64,000 bases of DNA. Origin: Octopus vulgaris. Taxonomy: Eukaryota. The stretch lies in NCBI GenBank assembly GCA_951406725.2, contig OX597834.1, forward strand, positions 12,710,001 through 12,774,000, given 5' to 3'. The notes beneath the pieces are model-generated. The model searched no databases. It was not told where the DNA came from and worked only from the letters and a program-made list of their open reading frames with translations. The position numbers were made by a program, and so were the translations under genes. Of this stretch, positions 60,905 to 64,000 are shown in pieces (positions within the stretch are counted from its first letter, which is position 1; each line of letters starts with the position of its first letter).

Positions 60905-62026
60905 ATTAAGAATAATGGCATATTCAAGCCTATTGCATATGTAAGCGACTTTAATAGTGAAGAATTGTTTTAGAATATCACCGATTTATGACGTTTGCAT
61001 TTTCGAAATTTATGACCTGACGGCATATGACCTAAGACAAGGAGAGTATAATGAAAATACGAGAGGAAGGACTAGAAATCTCGTTTCAAAACAGTATAAA
61101 ACTGCGAGAGTAACACAGCAAGTTACACACGTACGCGCATATACAACCAAAGATAGCGAAACACGCATATACGCCCAAACACACATGCATACGTGCATAC
61201 AAGTGTTTCTTGATATCTCTCACTTTCATTCGTTAATTTGCAAGAATTCCATTAGTCAAATTGCCATGAAAAGTCCAAAAATTCGTCGTTTTAAACAGTG
61301 TATCTTAACTAGATTCTTTATCGCTCAATCCATACTTGTCTGAAGACCTCTTATGCCACTTGCATCAGTAAATCCACGAACGTATCCACAATTTACTTTA
61401 TTTTTAAGTATATATTGTACATCAAGTGAAAGAAAGCAGAAAACAAACAATTAGCATGAGAAGTTTCCTCCATCAAATTTCTGACTCACCTTCACTCTTC
61501 GATTTCCTGTTCCGAAAGTACAGTGTTAATTGAATGAATTCTATCATTCTCCATAGTTAACAACCCTTTATAAATAATTACATTGTTTCAATGACTTTGT
61601 CATTTTCTGTCTAATTTAGCCACCGAAAATACTAATGCAATAAACATTACCACTGTTTTCAGGCAACTCACTTTCATTGTGAACTTCCAACAGCTACACC
61701 TGCTATCATTAAAAGCGTCTTATTTGAAATCGTACTTAGCAGTAATATCTGACGATTATATCTCTTAATAACATGTAATTTCTTGGTGTCAAGAGCAAAA
61801 TCTCTTGTAAATGTTTCCCAAATTGTTTACGATTATCGTATGCTTCAAAAGCAAAGAGAACAAATATTAAAAGCTGATACTTAGAAAAGATTAATTGCAG
61901 ATGCGGTGTCCAGCTTATTCCGATCGTCCAACATTTTATACACTCAACTCAATACAAGACCATTTGTCATGAAAAGGATACAAACGTACATTATTAGAAT
62001 ATTATTTTTATATCAAAATACAAATA

Positions 62027-62600
62027 TTGGGTTGTCCACAAAGTTCGTGCTGATCTTTAAAAGAAATAAAAATGTAAATAACTACTTCCCATTACATTTT
62101 TAATCAACCAAATATGAACCATTTTGTTGCACACTGCGTCTCCTTCTTTCCTTTAACTTGAAAATACCCTCTTCCCAGAATTGAGCTGGTTTCTTGGCAA
62201 AGAATTCATCAGGGTATCTTTTTACGTCATCCAAGTTATTGAAATATTTTTACCATTAAGACTATTCTGCAGATAGTTGAATTAGTGGAAATCCGAAGGA
62301 GCAATATCTGGTGAATATGGAGGCGGGGGGGGGGGTAACAGATCCCAGCCGAGCTGCAGCAATTTTTGTCTGGTTCTCAAAGCATCAAGTGCCGAAAATG
62401 AACTTTCTTATTTTCAATTTTAAAGGGTTACAGAATTAACATAGATTATAGGAACATAAACCTTCTTCCACGAAAAGATAGCTTAAACTGTGCTCTAAAT
62501 GGAGGTGTAGTCAAATCCTATTTTATGGACTCAACCATGTTATAAAATAAGTCGAAAATTAAGCTACTATATATCGGCACGAACTTTCTGGTCAAGCCAA
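62027..62600 (-). mobile_element. Internally deleted mariner transposon
   Basis: TA-flanked ~28-bp TIRs ttgggttgtccacaaagttcgtgctgat / atcggcacgaactttctggtcaagccaa; minus strand RTRQKLLQLGWDLLP...PPYSPDIAPSDFH. Confidence 0.88.
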
Positions 62601-63677
62601 TATTATAAATTTTGCCGTAAGCGTCGAGCATACAAAATCATTATAGTGTCGGAAAATATTCAAGCTTTTTTGGTTTTAATTTCTGATATCAAATCCCATC
62701 AAATTCAGCTTCCTTTTATCCAGTCGGGGTCAATAACACAGAATACTAATTAGGGACTCGTGTTGAGGATATACGCTCAGTCGCTTTTTAAATTCATTGG
62801 TCGTTTGCCTGAATTATAAACCATTATGCGATATCTTGCTGCGTTTTGACTAATATTCCAAGTCAAATATAATGAATATATATTGTTTAGTTGCTTTTAA
62901 AAGTCGAAGTTGTTACTGAACTTGCTACTGAATTCGTTCTCATTAAAGGAAACTAGAGTAAACTCGTTTCAGAAACTAAAGTCGTTATCTGACTAGAATA
63001 TTAACTACTATAGCTAGGCAATAATGTTGTAAAGCGATTTAGGAAACATGTCAGTCATGAGACACAAATTCATAAATCACCCACGATAGCAGCAAATAGT
63101 CTAGGACAAAGAGAAAGAAAATTAAAATAAAATCAATACGCAAATAAATTAATTATTGATTAATAACTAAAATGAGTCAGATATTTAGCCTGTACATTAT
63201 TTTACAGTTTCGCTTGAGCTGGTGGGAATTTCGATTGTTCGATCGTAATCTGTCGATGAATGACTAAGCTGGACATAAGCTGAAAGTTTTTCAAGCCTTA
63301 AAATTTAATTTTGTAAATTTTGCGGTTGTAGTTGTTCTATGGTGGTCGGGGTAGGAAAAATATTGATAATGCATCTGTTAAATTTCCGAATATGTGACGG
63401 GATGCAAACTAATACATACTGGGCTTGTTCGTTAAAGATTTTTCTTGGAGAGTGGTTACGTTTCAACATACATTGTTGTTTGCCTCATACGAAAATTTCA
63501 TTTGTCTACACGAATTCCATCTCGTGTGACACACACATATTATATATATATATAGTAGCTACAAGCTACAGTAACATCCACCCTTAGTGGTTAGCCATAT
63601 TTAGATGGCAAATATACTTCACATTGTCGTGCAGTTACTATCTATAACTCGTTCAGACATTTGTTATTGCTTATGTT

Positions 63678-63890
63678 ACTCTTTTACTCTTTTAATTGTT
63701 TCAGTCATTTGACTGCGGCCATACTGGCGCACCGCATTTAATCGAGCAACTCGAACGCGGGATTTATTCTTCTGTTAGCCTAGTACTTATTCTATCGGTC
63801 TCTTTTGCCGAACCGCTAAGTAACGGGGACATAAACACACCAGCATCGGTTGTCAAGCAATGCTAGGGGGACAAACACAGACACACACAA

Positions 63891-63952
<62 letters not shown>

Positions 63953-64000
63953 GACGGGCTTCTTTCAGTTTCCGTCTATCAAATCCACTGACAAGGCTTT
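63678..64000 (-). mobile_element. SINE family A, cut by the window edge
   Basis: Tail and central part match consensus. Confidence 0.9.

Noticed and set aside
61290-61860. Possible old pogo/Tigger transposase remnant on the minus strand
   Set aside because: No continuous motif could be read; needs a translated search

Overview
This is non-coding, AT-rich eukaryotic DNA. The SINE families and dense (TA)n/(TATC)n microsatellites point to an octopus genome, which is my inference from repeat recognition. No host gene can be called with confidence, and the long Y/I/M/C-rich ORFs are artefacts of microsatellite reading frames. The window is a mosaic of three tRNA-derived SINE families, decayed LINEs (Tx1/L1-like, RTE-like, CR1/L2-like), DNA transposon relics (Tc1, mariner, hAT, Helitron) and several short foldback elements sitting in or next to (TA)n. 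The main result is that these short elements carry minimal type I hammerhead-ribozyme folds of the kind associated with Penelope-like retroelements. Four core versions occur: canonical CUGANGA with stem II covariation between copies, a compensatory G3:C8 swap (GUGAACA) in two unrelated elements, a U6 variant and a C4 variant. A second notable signal is a SINE family that appears to insert repeatedly at one fixed site inside its own copies.
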